Virus record (IMG/VR): IMGVR_UViG_646862326_000012
Location: 1 to 43,504 of that record
DNA from: a virus
Taxonomy: Duplodnaviria > Heunggongvirae > Uroviricota > Caudoviricetes
Strand: one strand, 5' to 3'
Length of the DNA stretch: 43,504 nucleotides
Shown here: one piece after another, positions 18,047-27,602 of the stretch
Position numbering within the stretch: the first letter of the stretch is position 1
How the letters are laid out: every line of letters starts with the position of its first letter
The notes under the pieces: model-generated
What the model saw: the letters and a program-made list of their open reading frames with translations, nothing else
Databases searched by the model: none
What the model was told of the DNA's origin: nothing
Translations under genes and position numbers: made by a program

Positions 18047-18214
18047 AAAAAAACCTCTTATTGTGATTGAAAAGTTTTACGTGCCATTTAGAGTACTTGA
18101 AGTCACTTCTCATCTTTAACGACCTCCGCAAATACATCGAAAATAATATTCACTTTGTGATTTGTAGTTACCTTGGAAAGGTACATGACTAACGAGAATT
18201 ACTTCATCATTGAC

Positions 18215-18300
18215 GGGTCCTCCCGGTGGGGTGGCCTGCCACGGGGCGGGAGCGTCGCGGAAAAAGGCTAGTTTTTGAAATTTCATTCGTCATCACCACT
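18215..18300. other. cos site (cosN/cosB-like) upstream of the small terminase gene
   Basis: ACGGGGCGGGAGCGTCGCGG resembles the lambda cosN region (ACGGGGCGGCGACCTCGCGGG) as remembered; downstream TTCGTCAT element as in lambda cosB. Confidence 0.5.
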
Positions 18301-18429
18301 ACTGTAATGTGTTGATATTACTGTGGTTTTATTTTTATGGTGTCGATTTTGATTGTTTTTCGCTCATCACTAACACCGTTTGCCTAAAGTTGTTCGCAAG
18401 ATGCATGTTTAAAACATTCTGGAGCGGAT

Positions 18430-18924
18430 ATGGATCGAGAGTTAAAAAATCTGACGCTGAATATCAGTCAACTGGCGGCACTGTCAGGTGTACATCGCCA
18501 GACTGCTGCGGCAAGGCTGCAAAATCTACCCGTTGCAGGGGGGCATGAAAGCAACCTCAAGCTTTATCGGGTGGTTGATATTGTGTCGGCATTTCTGGCA
18601 TTACCACCGCCGGTTGCAGAAGGCGAAATGGACGCGCATGAGCGCAAAGCCTGGTATCAGTCTGAACGTGAGCGTCTTAAGTTCGAACAGGAAACGGCAC
18701 AACTCATTCCGGCCAGTGATGTCAGACGGGAGTTTGCCATCTGGGCAAAAGCTGTCGTGCAGGTGCTGGAGACATTACCGGATATTCTGGAACGTGACTG
18801 CGGTCTGCAGCCTGCCGCTGTGAGCCGTGTTCAGTCCATTATTGATGATCTGCGCGATCAGATAGCCCTGCGGGTGACTGAAGCAGGTGCGGATGATGAG
18901 GAGGAATTACAGCAGGAGGAGTAA
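18430..18924 (+). CDS. Terminase small subunit (Nu1-like)
   Basis: 164 aa; N-terminal HTH; acidic C-terminus; immediately upstream of and overlapping the large terminase (TAATG). Confidence 0.8.
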   Translation: MDRELKNLTLNISQLAALSGVHRQTAAARLQNLPVAGGHESNLKLYRVVDIVSAFLALPPPVAEGEMDAHERKAWYQSERERLKFEQETAQLIPASDVRREFAIWAKAVVQVLETLPDILERDCGLQPAAVSRVQSIIDDLRDQIALRVTEAGADDEEELQQEE

Positions 18925-21026
18925 TGCTGAATCAGGAAACCGCAAAGGCAGCACGAACCGATTCAGGTTATATCCTTCGCGCACCGAGACGAATGCGGGT
19001 TGCTGATGCCGTTGCTCAGTATATGCGGGTGCCCATGGGGGCAGGGAACTCAGTCCCGTGGGATCCGCTGGTGGCACCGTATGTTATTGAGCCGATGAAC
19101 TGCCTGGCCTCGCGTGAATACGACGCAGTGATATTTGTTGGCCCGGCACGAACCGGCAAGACTATCGGCCTGATTGACGGCTGGGTGATTTACAACGTGA
19201 TTTGCGACCCTGCGGATATGCTGATCATTCAGATGACGGAGGAAAAAGCCCGCGAACACTCCAAAAAACGACTCGCCAGAACGTTTCGCGTCAGCCCGGA
19301 AGTGGTCAGTCGCCTGAGTCCGAACAAAAATGACAACAACGTTTATGACAGAACATTCCTTGCTGGCAACTACCTGAAAATCGGCTGGCCGTCAGTCAAT
19401 ATCATGTCCTCATCAGATTATAAATGCGTCGCGCTGACGGATTATGACCGTTTTCCGGAAGATATTGATGGCGAGGGGGATGCTTTCTCTCTTGCCTCAA
19501 AACGTACCACAACATTTATGTCCAGTGGTATGACGCTGGTGGAGAGTTCCCCCGGCAGGGATGTGAAGGATGTGAAATGGCGACGGACTTCACCGCATGA
19601 GGCTCCACCAACCACTGGGATACTGTCGCTCTATAACCGTGGCGATCGCCGTCGCTGGTACTGGCCCTGTCCACACTGTGGTGAGTATTTTCAGCCCTGC
19701 GGCGATGTGGTTGCTGGTTTCCGTGATATTGCCGATCCCGTGCTGGCAAGTGAGGCGGCTTATATTCAGTGTCCTTCCTGTTCAGGACGGATTATGCCTG
19801 AACAAAAACGTGAGCTGAACGGACGTGGGGTCTGGCTGCGGGATGGTGAATCCATCAATGCGGATGGCAGTCGTTATGGTGATCCCCGACGCTCACGTAT
19901 TGCGTCATTCTGGATGGAGGGTCCGGCAGCTGCTTACCAGACACTCTCGCAACTCGTTTACAAACTGCTTACTGCAGAACAGGAATACGAGACAACCGGA
20001 AGTGAAGAAACACTCAAGACGGTTATCAATACCGACTGGGGATTACCTTATCTTCCCCGCGCCAGCATGGAGCAACGAAAAAGTGAACTGCTTGAGCAGC
20101 GGGCAGAGCCAGTTCCTTCCCGCAGTGTGCCGGATGGCGTTAATTTCCTTGTGGCGACAGTGGATGTGCAGGCGGGACGTCATCGCCGTTTTGTGGTTCA
20201 GGTAACGGGCTATGGCAGCCGTGGCGAACGCTGGATTATTGATCGTTACAACATCACGCAGTCATTGCGCGGTGACAGCGACGGGGAGAGCCAGCGAATT
20301 GATCCGGCCAGTTATCCGGAAGACTGGGATGTCCTGCTGACGGATGTTTTTCATAAAAGCTGGCCGCTGGCCTCCGATCCTTCTCAACAAATGCGACTGA
20401 TGGCAATGGCGGTGGACTCCGGCGGTGAAGACGGGGTCACTGATAATGCCTATAAATTCTGGCGTCGTTGCCGTCGTGATGGCCTTGGTAAACGTATTTA
20501 CCTGTTTAAGGGCGACAGCATCCGGCGCGCAAAACTGATCACCCGTACATTCCCTGATAACACCGGACGAACGGGCCGACGGGCGCAGGCCGCAGGTGAT
20601 GTACCGCTCTGGCTTCTTCAGACGGATGCCCTGAAAGACCGGGTGAATAACGCGTTATGGCGTGACTCGCCAGGTCCCGGCTATGTGCATTTCCCTGACT
20701 GGCTGGGGAGCTGGTTTTACGACGAACTGACGTATGAAGAGCGGAGCAGTGACGGGAAATGGAGTAAGCCGGGTCGCGGTGCCAACGAAGCTTTTGACCT
20801 GATGGTGTATGCCGAGGCTCTGGTCATTCTGCATGGATACGAAAAGATCCGCTGGCCGGATGCACCGGAGTGGGCGAGCCGGGAAACCTGGCTGGAGTGT
20901 GTCCCGGACAGTACCGAACTGTCACCCTCACCGGAACCGGTATCCACGCCTGTTAAAAAACAAAAACGGAAGAAAACAGTAACTGACGATGTTAACCCCT
21001 GGCTGACTTCCGGAGGATGGTTATGA
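18924..21026 (+). CDS. Terminase large subunit (lambda gpA-like)
   Basis: 700 aa; Walker A (VGPARTGKT) near the N-terminus; size and position typical of a gpA-family terminase. Confidence 0.9.
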   Translation: MLNQETAKAARTDSGYILRAPRRMRVADAVAQYMRVPMGAGNSVPWDPLVAPYVIEPMNCLASREYDAVIFVGPARTGKTIGLIDGWVIYNVICDPADMLIIQMTEEKAREHSKKRLARTFRVSPEVVSRLSPNKNDNNVYDRTFLAGNYLKIGWPSVNIMSSSDYKCVALTDYDRFPEDIDGEGDAFSLASKRTTTFMSSGMTLVESSPGRDVKDVKWRRTSPHEAPPTTGILSLYNRGDRRRWYWPCPHCGEYFQPCGDVVAGFRDIADPVLASEAAYIQCPSCSGRIMPEQKRELNGRGVWLRDGESINADGSRYGDPRRSRIASFWMEGPAAAYQTLSQLVYKLLTAEQEYETTGSEETLKTVINTDWGLPYLPRASMEQRKSELLEQRAEPVPSRSVPDGVNFLVATVDVQAGRHRRFVVQVTGYGSRGERWIIDRYNITQSLRGDSDGESQRIDPASYPEDWDVLLTDVFHKSWPLASDPSQQMRLMAMAVDSGGEDGVTDNAYKFWRRCRRDGLGKRIYLFKGDSIRRAKLITRTFPDNTGRTGRRAQAAGDVPLWLLQTDALKDRVNNALWRDSPGPGYVHFPDWLGSWFYDELTYEERSSDGKWSKPGRGANEAFDLMVYAEALVILHGYEKIRWPDAPEWASRETWLECVPDSTELSPSPEPVSTPVKKQKRKKTVTDDVNPWLTSGGWL

Positions 21027-21235
21027 ACCAGAATGATATCGAAGCCATGATTCAGCGTTATACGGAAGCTGAAATGGCGGTGCTGGACGGAAAATCCGTC
21101 ACCTTTAATGGTCAGCAGATGACCATGGAAAACTTATCTGAGATCCGGCAGGGACGGCAGGAGTGGGAGCGCCGCCTTGCGGCTCTGATTACACGACGAC
21201 GGGGGCATCCCGGGTACCGGCTGGCGAGGTTCTGA
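21023..21235 (+). CDS. Head-tail joining protein gpW-like
   Basis: About 70 aa between terminase and portal, ending ...RRRGHPGY like lambda W (...RRRGPAGF). GGAGG 6 nt upstream of the ATG at 21023. Confidence 0.7.
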   Translation: MNQNDIEAMIQRYTEAEMAVLDGKSVTFNGQQMTMENLSEIRQGRQEWERRLAALITRRRGHPGYRLARF

Positions 21236-22743
21236 TGGCAATTCTTGATGATGTGATTGGCGTTTTTTCACCAGGATGGAAAGCGGCAAGGCTGCGTTCC
21301 CGTGCGGTGATCCAGGCTTATGAGGCCGTAAAAACGACGCGGACACACAAAGCCCGGCGGGAGAACCGAACTGCCGACCAGTTAAGCCAGTACGGGGCCG
21401 TGTCGTTACGTGAGCAGGCCCGTTACCTTGATAACAACCACGATCTGGTTATTGGTGTATTTGACAAGCTGGAAGAACGGGTGGTGGGGAAAAACGGGAT
21501 TATTGTCGAGCCACATCCGGTATTACGCAATGGGGCCATTGCCCGTGATCTGGCAGCGGAGATACGCACCCGATGGAGTGAATGGTCTGTCAGTCCGGAA
21601 GTCACCGGGCAGTTTACCCGTCCGATGCTGGAACGTCTGATGCTGCGTACCTGGCTGCGCGATGGTGAGGTGTTTGCCCAGATGGTTTCCGGGCGCATAA
21701 ACAGCCTGACGCCTTCTGCCGGTGTTCATTTCTGGCTGGAGGCGCTCGAGCCGGACTTTATTCCCATGACCAGTGATGAGAGCAACAGGCTGAATCAGGG
21801 CGTGTTTGTTGATGACTGGGGGCGTCCCGAAAAATATCTGGTGTATAAAAGCCGTCCCGTATCCGGGCGGCAGATGGAAACCAAAGAAGTGGATGCAGAG
21901 CGAATGCTGCATCTTAAATTTGTTCGCCGTCTGCACCAGATGCGCGGGACGTCTTTGTTGTCCGGTGTGCTGATCCGCCTCAGTGCCCTGAAAGAGTATG
22001 AAGATTCTGAGCTGACTGCAGCAAGGATCGCCGCTGCTCTGGGGATGTACATCCGGAAAGGCGACGGGCAGAGCTATGAACCGGATGGTAATGGCAGCAA
22101 GGAGAATGAACGCGAGCTTACCATTCAGCCAGGCATTATTTACGACGATCTGAAACCCGGCGAAGAAATCGGAATGGTGAAGTCGGATCGTCCCAATCCT
22201 AACCTTGAAACTTTTCGTAATGGTCAGTTGCGTGCCGTGGCGGCGGGCAGTCGTCTGAGTTTTTCCAGTACGGCACGCAACTATAACGGCACTTACAGCG
22301 CCCAGCGTCAGGAACTGGTTGAGTCTACTGATGGCTACCTGATCCTGCAGGACTGGTTTATTGGTGCCGTCACCCGCCCGATGTATCGTGCCTGGCTGAA
22401 ACAGGCTGTGGCATCCGGTGTTATCAGGCTACCCCGCGATCTTGACCGTTCTTCACTGTATACCGCGGTGTATTCCGGACCAGTGATGCCGTGGATTGAC
22501 CCTGTTAAGGAGGCTGAGGCCTGGAAAATCCAGATTCGTGGTGGAGCGGCGACAGAATCAGACTGGGTACGTGCTGGTGGTCGTAATCCGGATGATGTCA
22601 AACGTCGGCGCAAGGCCGAAATTGATGAAAACCGCAAGCTGGATCTGGTATTTGATACCGATCCGGCCAGTGATAAAGGAGGCAGCAGTGCCGCAACGAA
22701 ACGACAGGAGCCGCAGCACACCGACGACCAGTCCGAAGAATAA
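21235..22743 (+). CDS. Portal protein (lambda gpB-like)
   Basis: 502 aa from MAILDDVIG (TGATG overlap with W). Position after terminase/W and general similarity to lambda B. Confidence 0.85.
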   Translation: MAILDDVIGVFSPGWKAARLRSRAVIQAYEAVKTTRTHKARRENRTADQLSQYGAVSLREQARYLDNNHDLVIGVFDKLEERVVGKNGIIVEPHPVLRNGAIARDLAAEIRTRWSEWSVSPEVTGQFTRPMLERLMLRTWLRDGEVFAQMVSGRINSLTPSAGVHFWLEALEPDFIPMTSDESNRLNQGVFVDDWGRPEKYLVYKSRPVSGRQMETKEVDAERMLHLKFVRRLHQMRGTSLLSGVLIRLSALKEYEDSELTAARIAAALGMYIRKGDGQSYEPDGNGSKENERELTIQPGIIYDDLKPGEEIGMVKSDRPNPNLETFRNGQLRAVAAGSRLSFSSTARNYNGTYSAQRQELVESTDGYLILQDWFIGAVTRPMYRAWLKQAVASGVIRLPRDLDRSSLYTAVYSGPVMPWIDPVKEAEAWKIQIRGGAATESDWVRAGGRNPDDVKRRRKAEIDENRKLDLVFDTDPASDKGGSSAATKRQEPQHTDDQSEE

Positions 22744-22756
22744 TTCCTGGTTCAGG

Positions 22757-24715
22757 ATGCAGGCTGGTCACCAGAGTGACGCGGATATTTATATTTATGA
22801 CGAGATTGGTTTCTGGGGTGTTACAGCGAAGCAGTTTATCAGTGATCTGAATGCACTGGGCGATATCACCCACATTAATCTCCATATCAATTCACCGGGT
22901 GGCGATGTCTTTGAAGGCATCGCCATTTTTAATGCGCTGAAAACACATGGTGCGTCCATTACCGTTTATGTCGACGGTGTGGCGGCGTCAATGGCGTCGG
23001 TCATTGCGATGGTGGGAAACCCGGTCATTATGCCGGAAAACACCTTCATGATGATTCATAAACCATTTGGCTTTACGGGCGGTGATGCGGAGGACATGCG
23101 CACCTATGCCGACCTGCTCGATAAGGTTGAGGCGGTTCTGTTACCCGCTTATGCACAGAAAACCGGGAAAACCACCGATGAAATTGCTGCCATGCTGGCG
23201 GATGAGACCTGGATGTCCGGTGCCGAATGTCTGGCACATGGATTTGCTGATCAGGTGACGCCAGCCGTTAAGGCAATGGCATGTATTCAGTCAAAACGTA
23301 CAGAGGAATTTAAAAAGATGCCGGAATCCATTCGAAACATGATTACTCCGCCACGCAACAGTGCTCCACGCGTACAGGATGATGAACCTGCAGCCTCCCG
23401 GACGCCAGTGCAGGCCGCAGCACCCGTGGTGGATGAAAACAGTATCCGTGCGCAGGTACTGGCAGAGCAAAAAGCGCGTGTAAACGGTATTAATGATCTG
23501 TTTGCCATGTTTGGCGGGCGTTATCAGACGCTGCAGGCTCAGTGTCTTGCCGATCCTGAATGTTCGCTGGAGCAGGCCCGCGAAAAGCTGTTGAACGAGA
23601 TGGGGCGCGAGTCCACGCCATCCAATAAAAATACCCCGGCTCATATTTATGCCGGTAACGGTAATTTTGTGGGGGACGGGATCCGCCAGGCGCTGATGGC
23701 GCGTGCCGGATTTGAAAAAACCGAACGTGATAATGTCTACAACGGGATGACCCTGCGTGAATATGCCCGTATGTCACTGACTGAACGGGGTATTGGGGTT
23801 TCCAGTTATAACCCGATGCAGATGGTCGGTGCGGCGTTCACACACAGTACGTCTGACTTCGGTAATATTCTGCTGGATGTTGCGAACAAAGCCATTCTGC
23901 AGGGCTGGGAAGATGCTCCTGAAACCTATGAACAGTGGACGCGGAAAGGTCAGTTGTCTGATTTTAAAATTGCCCATCGTGTGGGTATGGGGGGCTTCAG
24001 TGCTCTGCGTCAGGTGCGTGAAGGGGCGGAATATAAATACGTCACCACCGGAGATAAACAGGCCACTATTGCACTGGCGACCTATGGCGAGCTGTTCAGT
24101 ATCACCCGTCAGGCCATTATCAATGATGATCTGAATATGCTGACCGATGTCCCGATGAAACTGGGCCGTGCGGCGAAATCCACTATTGCCGATCTGGTTT
24201 ATGCCATTCTGACGTCTAACCCGAAAATCTCCACAGATAATGTAAGTCTGTTCGATAAAGCGAAACATGCAAACGTACTGGAGAGCGCTGCAATGGACGT
24301 GGCATCGCTGGATAAAGCCCGCCAGTTGATGCGCGTTCAGAAAGAGGGGGAGCGTCATCTGAATATTCGTCCTGCGTTCGTACTGGTACCGACGGCGATG
24401 GAGTCTGTTGCTAACCAGGTCATTCGCTCCTCAAGTGTCAAGGGGGCTGACATTAACGCCGGTATTATTAACCCGGTGAAAGATTTTGCGACCGTTATTG
24501 CAGAGCCTCGTCTTGATGATAACAGCCAGACCACCTTCTACCTGGCTGCGTCAAAAGGCTCCGATACGATTGAAGTGGCTTATCTCAACGGTGTGGATAC
24601 GCCATATATTGATCAGATGGAGGGCTTCAGTGTGGATGGCGTGACAACGAAAGTGCGTATTGACGCCGGTGTCGCGCCAGTTGATCACCGCGGTCTGGTG
24701 AAATGTACGGCGTAA
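22757..24715 (+). CDS. Head maturation protease (ClpP-like) / scaffold / major capsid fusion protein
   Basis: Single uninterrupted ORF. N-terminal ClpP-type protease region (INSPGGDVFEGIAIFNALK...MASVIAM...MIHKP), central Ala/Gln-rich linker, C-terminal approx. 330-aa capsid-like domain. Start assigned to the first ATG after the portal stop; ribosome-binding site is weak. Confidence 0.75.
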   Translation: MQAGHQSDADIYIYDEIGFWGVTAKQFISDLNALGDITHINLHINSPGGDVFEGIAIFNALKTHGASITVYVDGVAASMASVIAMVGNPVIMPENTFMMIHKPFGFTGGDAEDMRTYADLLDKVEAVLLPAYAQKTGKTTDEIAAMLADETWMSGAECLAHGFADQVTPAVKAMACIQSKRTEEFKKMPESIRNMITPPRNSAPRVQDDEPAASRTPVQAAAPVVDENSIRAQVLAEQKARVNGINDLFAMFGGRYQTLQAQCLADPECSLEQAREKLLNEMGRESTPSNKNTPAHIYAGNGNFVGDGIRQALMARAGFEKTERDNVYNGMTLREYARMSLTERGIGVSSYNPMQMVGAAFTHSTSDFGNILLDVANKAILQGWEDAPETYEQWTRKGQLSDFKIAHRVGMGGFSALRQVREGAEYKYVTTGDKQATIALATYGELFSITRQAIINDDLNMLTDVPMKLGRAAKSTIADLVYAILTSNPKISTDNVSLFDKAKHANVLESAAMDVASLDKARQLMRVQKEGERHLNIRPAFVLVPTAMESVANQVIRSSSVKGADINAGIINPVKDFATVIAEPRLDDNSQTTFYLAASKGSDTIEVAYLNGVDTPYIDQMEGFSVDGVTTKVRIDAGVAPVDHRGLVKCTA

Positions 24716-24738
24716 ACGTCGCAGACAACAACTCTGAT

Positions 24739-24759
24739 GGCCCGTAAGGGCTTTTTTTG
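24739..24759 (+). terminator. Hairpin plus T-run after the capsid gene
   Basis: GGCCCGTAAGGGC followed by TTTTTTT. Confidence 0.5.
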
Positions 24760-24801
24760 TACCTGAAATCAGCCCCTGAACGGGGCTGTGCGGAGACAGT
24801 T

Positions 24802-25125
24802 ATGGCAAAGAATTTTGTAGAAGAAGGAAAAACGGTGGCGATTGTTGCCAGTGCAGCCATCAGCAGCGGAGATCTGGTGCAGGTGGGTGATGTTTTTGCG
24901 GTGGCACTGACCGATATTCCACAGGGTGAAACAGGCGACGGCCTGACCGAAGGTGTGTTTATGCTGCCTAAGCTGAAAACGGATGATATGAAAACGGGTA
25001 AGAAGGTTTATCTGAAGTCCGGAAAAGTTCAGCTGACTAACAGCGGCTCTGATCCGCTGGTCGGGGTTGTCTGGGCAGATGCCGGAACCAGTGCAGAAGA
25101 AGTGCCGGTAAAACTCAATGTCTGA
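24802..25125 (+). CDS. Hypothetical head-associated protein (107 aa)
   Basis: Start MAKNFVEEGK with GGAGA ribosome-binding site. Position directly after the capsid gene suggests a decoration or connector protein. No firm family. Confidence 0.45.
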   Translation: MAKNFVEEGKTVAIVASAAISSGDLVQVGDVFAVALTDIPQGETGDGLTEGVFMLPKLKTDDMKTGKKVYLKSGKVQLTNSGSDPLVGVVWADAGTSAEEVPVKLNV

Positions 25126-25393
25126 TCCCTTTTCCCGGCTGGCAGCGCGTATGGATGCGATCACGGTCAGAAAGATGGGAAAGACAGCCTCGATTAATGA
25201 TGTCGATATGACTGTGATCCCGGGAGAAATACTGGCAGAGCTGAATGCTCTGTCCGGACCTGCGGTATCTCTGGTGGTGTTTTCTTCGGGATACCGCCCA
25301 CGTCGCGGGGATCGCGTTGTTTATGACGGACAACAATGGACGGTCACACGGCATGAACGCTTTAACGGTAAGCCAATGATCTTTATTGAGTAA
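25118..25393 (+). CDS. Head-tail connector, gpFII-like (tentative)
   Basis: 91 aa; C-terminal RRGDRVVYDGQQWTV resembles lambda FII (RRGDTLTIGEENFWV) as remembered. Confidence 0.5.
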   Translation: MSDPFSRLAARMDAITVRKMGKTASINDVDMTVIPGEILAELNALSGPAVSLVVFSSGYRPRRGDRVVYDGQQWTVTRHERFNGKPMIFIE

Positions 25394-25404
25394 AGAGGTG
25401 TGGG

Positions 25405-25995
25405 ATGAAGGGGCTTGAGAATGCCATCCGCAATCTGAACAGCCTTGATACCCGTATGGTGCCACAGGCCAGCGCATGGGCGATAAACCGTGTGGCACAG
25501 AAAGCGGTCTCGGTTGCCACCCGGCAGGTTGCCGGGAATACCGTTGCGGGAGATAACCAGGTGAAAGGGATCCCCCTGAAACTGGTACGTCAGCGTGTCC
25601 GGGTGTTTAAAGCCAGTCCGTCAGGAAAAATGACGGCCAGGATCCGCGTTAACCGGGGCAATCTGCCCGCCATCAAACTGAACACAACACGGCGGCGTGC
25701 TGGTGAAGGACTGAGAGTGGGAAAATACTTTTTCCGGGGGGCATTTGTTCAGCAACTGGCGAATGGCCGCTGGCATGTTCTGAGGCGTCTTCCTGAAGCG
25801 CGTTTTGCAACAGGGCATGACCATCAGGGCAGGCCAAGAAAAAATCGTCTTCCTGTGGAGGTAGTGAAAATCCCGCTGTCCGGACCGCTGACACAGGCAT
25901 TTGAAGATGCCCGCGATCGCATCATTGCTGCGGAAATGCCGAAACAGCTGGGGTATGCACTGAAACAACAACTGAGATTATGGCTGACCCGATGA
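25405..25995 (+). CDS. Z: Tail completion protein gpZ-like
   Basis: 196 aa; colinear similarity to lambda Z (MKGLE...AINRVA...RVNRGNLPAIKL...NGRWHV...VVKIP...ELGYAL). Confidence 0.8.
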   Translation: MKGLENAIRNLNSLDTRMVPQASAWAINRVAQKAVSVATRQVAGNTVAGDNQVKGIPLKLVRQRVRVFKASPSGKMTARIRVNRGNLPAIKLNTTRRRAGEGLRVGKYFFRGAFVQQLANGRWHVLRRLPEARFATGHDHQGRPRKNRLPVEVVKIPLSGPLTQAFEDARDRIIAAEMPKQLGYALKQQLRLWLTR

Positions 25996-26393
25996 ACCGA
26001 CATACACAAATCCGCCAGGTCGTACTGGCACGCCTTCGGGAACAGTGTGGAGACAGCGCCACGTTTTGTGACGGGCTTCCGGCATTTATTGATGCGCAGG
26101 AACTGCCTGCCGTGGCGGTGTGGCTGAGTGATGCTCAGTACACCGGAAAAATGACGGATGAAGATGACTGGCAGGCTGTTCTGCATATTGCCGTCTTCAT
26201 CCGGGCACAGGCACCGGATTCAGAGCTGGATATGTGGATGGAGAGCACCATTTTTCCTGCCCTGAATGATATACCGGCACTTTCCGGACTCATCGACACC
26301 CTGATCCCACTCGGTTTTAACTATCAACGTGATAATGAGATGGCCACCTGGGCGATGGCGGAAATCACGTACCAGATCACGTACACGAATTAA
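25992..26393 (+). CDS. U: Tail terminator gpU-like
   Basis: ATGA overlap with Z. Similar to lambda U throughout (AVAVWL...AQYTG...DSELDMWMES...IPALS...). Confidence 0.85.
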   Translation: MNRHTQIRQVVLARLREQCGDSATFCDGLPAFIDAQELPAVAVWLSDAQYTGKMTDEDDWQAVLHIAVFIRAQAPDSELDMWMESTIFPALNDIPALSGLIDTLIPLGFNYQRDNEMATWAMAEITYQITYTN

Positions 26394-26403
26394 GGAGGTG
26401 GTA

Positions 26404-27147
26404 ATGACCACACCAAATCCACTGGCAAAGACGAAAGGTGCGGGGACGACGTTCTGGATGTATACCGGCAACGGCGATGCGTTTGCGAATCCTTTGTCGG
26501 ACACTGACTGGCTGCGTCTTGCGATGGTGAAGGATCTGCAACCTGGCGAAATGACCGCTGATGCAGAAGATGACACTTATCTCGATGATGAAGATGCAGA
26601 CTGGAAAACGACAACCCAGGGGCAGAAATCCGTCGGTGATACTTCGGCGACGCTGGCCTGGCGTCCGGGTGACAGCGGGCAGAAAAAACTGGTTCAGTTG
26701 TTCGACTCCGGTGAAGTCTGCGCGTTTCGTATCAAATATCCCAACGGCACTGTTGATGTTTTCCGTGGCTGGCTGAGCTCACTGGGTAAAACCATTGCCT
26801 CAAAAGACGTGATGACCCGCACAGTGAAAATCAGCGGTGTGGGGCGTCCGTATCTGGCAGAGGAAGGCACTGAAACAGTGAGCGTTACCGGGCTGACGGT
26901 GGCACCGGCATCTGCCAGTGTAAAAGTGGGAGCAACCACCACGCTGACCTTTACAGTAAAACCTGACGGAGCCAGTGACAAAGCGATCAGTGTGCATTCG
27001 ACAGATCCACAGACTGCCACGGTGACCCTGAACGGGCTTGTGGCCACGGTGAAAGGCGTGAAGCAGGGCAGTGTCAGCATTGTGGGCATGACTTCTGACG
27101 GCGATTTTGTGGCAGTGGCTACGGTGGCTGTCAGCGCCGCAGGTTAA
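26404..27147 (+). CDS. V: Major tail protein gpV with C-terminal Ig-like domain
   Basis: GGAGG ribosome-binding site. Strong colinear similarity to lambda V (KGAGTT.W.Y.G.GD..ANPLSD.DW.RLA.VKDL.PGE.TA...DDSYLDDEDADW...RTVK...VGRP). Confidence 0.9.
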   Translation: MTTPNPLAKTKGAGTTFWMYTGNGDAFANPLSDTDWLRLAMVKDLQPGEMTADAEDDTYLDDEDADWKTTTQGQKSVGDTSATLAWRPGDSGQKKLVQLFDSGEVCAFRIKYPNGTVDVFRGWLSSLGKTIASKDVMTRTVKISGVGRPYLAEEGTETVSVTGLTVAPASASVKVGATTTLTFTVKPDGASDKAISVHSTDPQTATVTLNGLVATVKGVKQGSVSIVGMTSDGDFVAVATVAVSAAG

Positions 27148-27167
27148 CAGGACGATACTCATCATTT

Positions 27168-27192
27168 GCCCCGGTTATCCGGGGCTTTTTTG
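27168..27192 (+). terminator. Hairpin plus T-run after V
   Basis: GCCCCGGTTATCCGGGGC followed by TTTTTT. Confidence 0.5.
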
Positions 27193-27204
27193 CAGGTGGA
27201 GAAC

Positions 27205-27594
27205 ATGATGTTTCTGAAACAGGGCACGTTTAATTATGAAAAGCAGTCCGTGGTGCTCAGTGAGCTATCCGGGCTGCAGAGAATTGAATATCTGGCGTTT
27301 GTTCAGCAGCGAACGGCAAAGTTTGATGCCGAAGAGGGAGAACTGCCGGAGGCTGAACGACAGATTGCTTTTCTGCGGATGGGGATGGATATCAATGCCT
27401 GGCTGGTTTCCCGCTCACTGTGGAATGCGGAACAGTCTCAGGATGTTGAGACGCTTTGCGCATCCGTTATTACAACATGGTCGTATGATGCCCTGGGAGC
27501 GGGGGCGGAGATGGTTCTGTCGCTGAGCGGTATGGGAGCCATTGAGAATGCCGGGGATTTGGAGCATGAGGTGCTGACGCCGGAAAAGTCCTGA
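27205..27594 (+). CDS. G: Tail assembly chaperone gpG-like
   Basis: Start MMFLKQ (GGTGGAG ribosome-binding site); similar to the lambda G N-terminus (MFLK...TLSELSALQRIE). Stop at 27592-27594. Confidence 0.8.
   Translation: MMFLKQGTFNYEKQSVVLSELSGLQRIEYLAFVQQRTAKFDAEEGELPEAERQIAFLRMGMDINAWLVSRSLWNAEQSQDVETLCASVITTWSYDALGAGAEMVLSLSGMGAIENAGDLEHEVLTPEKS
27582..27588 (+). other. Putative -1 programmed frameshift site for the G-T fusion
   Basis: GGAAAAG lies 4 nt upstream of the G stop; the downstream T ORF is in the -1 frame relative to G. Not the canonical lambda GGGAAAG heptamer. Confidence 0.4.
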
Positions 27595-27602
27595 CGCGGG
27601 AA

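Noticed and set aside
21163-21234. N-terminal extension of the portal ORF overlapping gpW
   Set aside because: It overlaps the gpW coding region in another frame. The ATG at 21235 overlaps the W stop (TGATG), the usual coupling arrangement.
23774-24358. 194-aa minus-strand ORF inside the capsid gene, and 21523-21936 antisense to the portal gene
   Set aside because: Antisense overlaps with strongly supported structural genes; no start signals.
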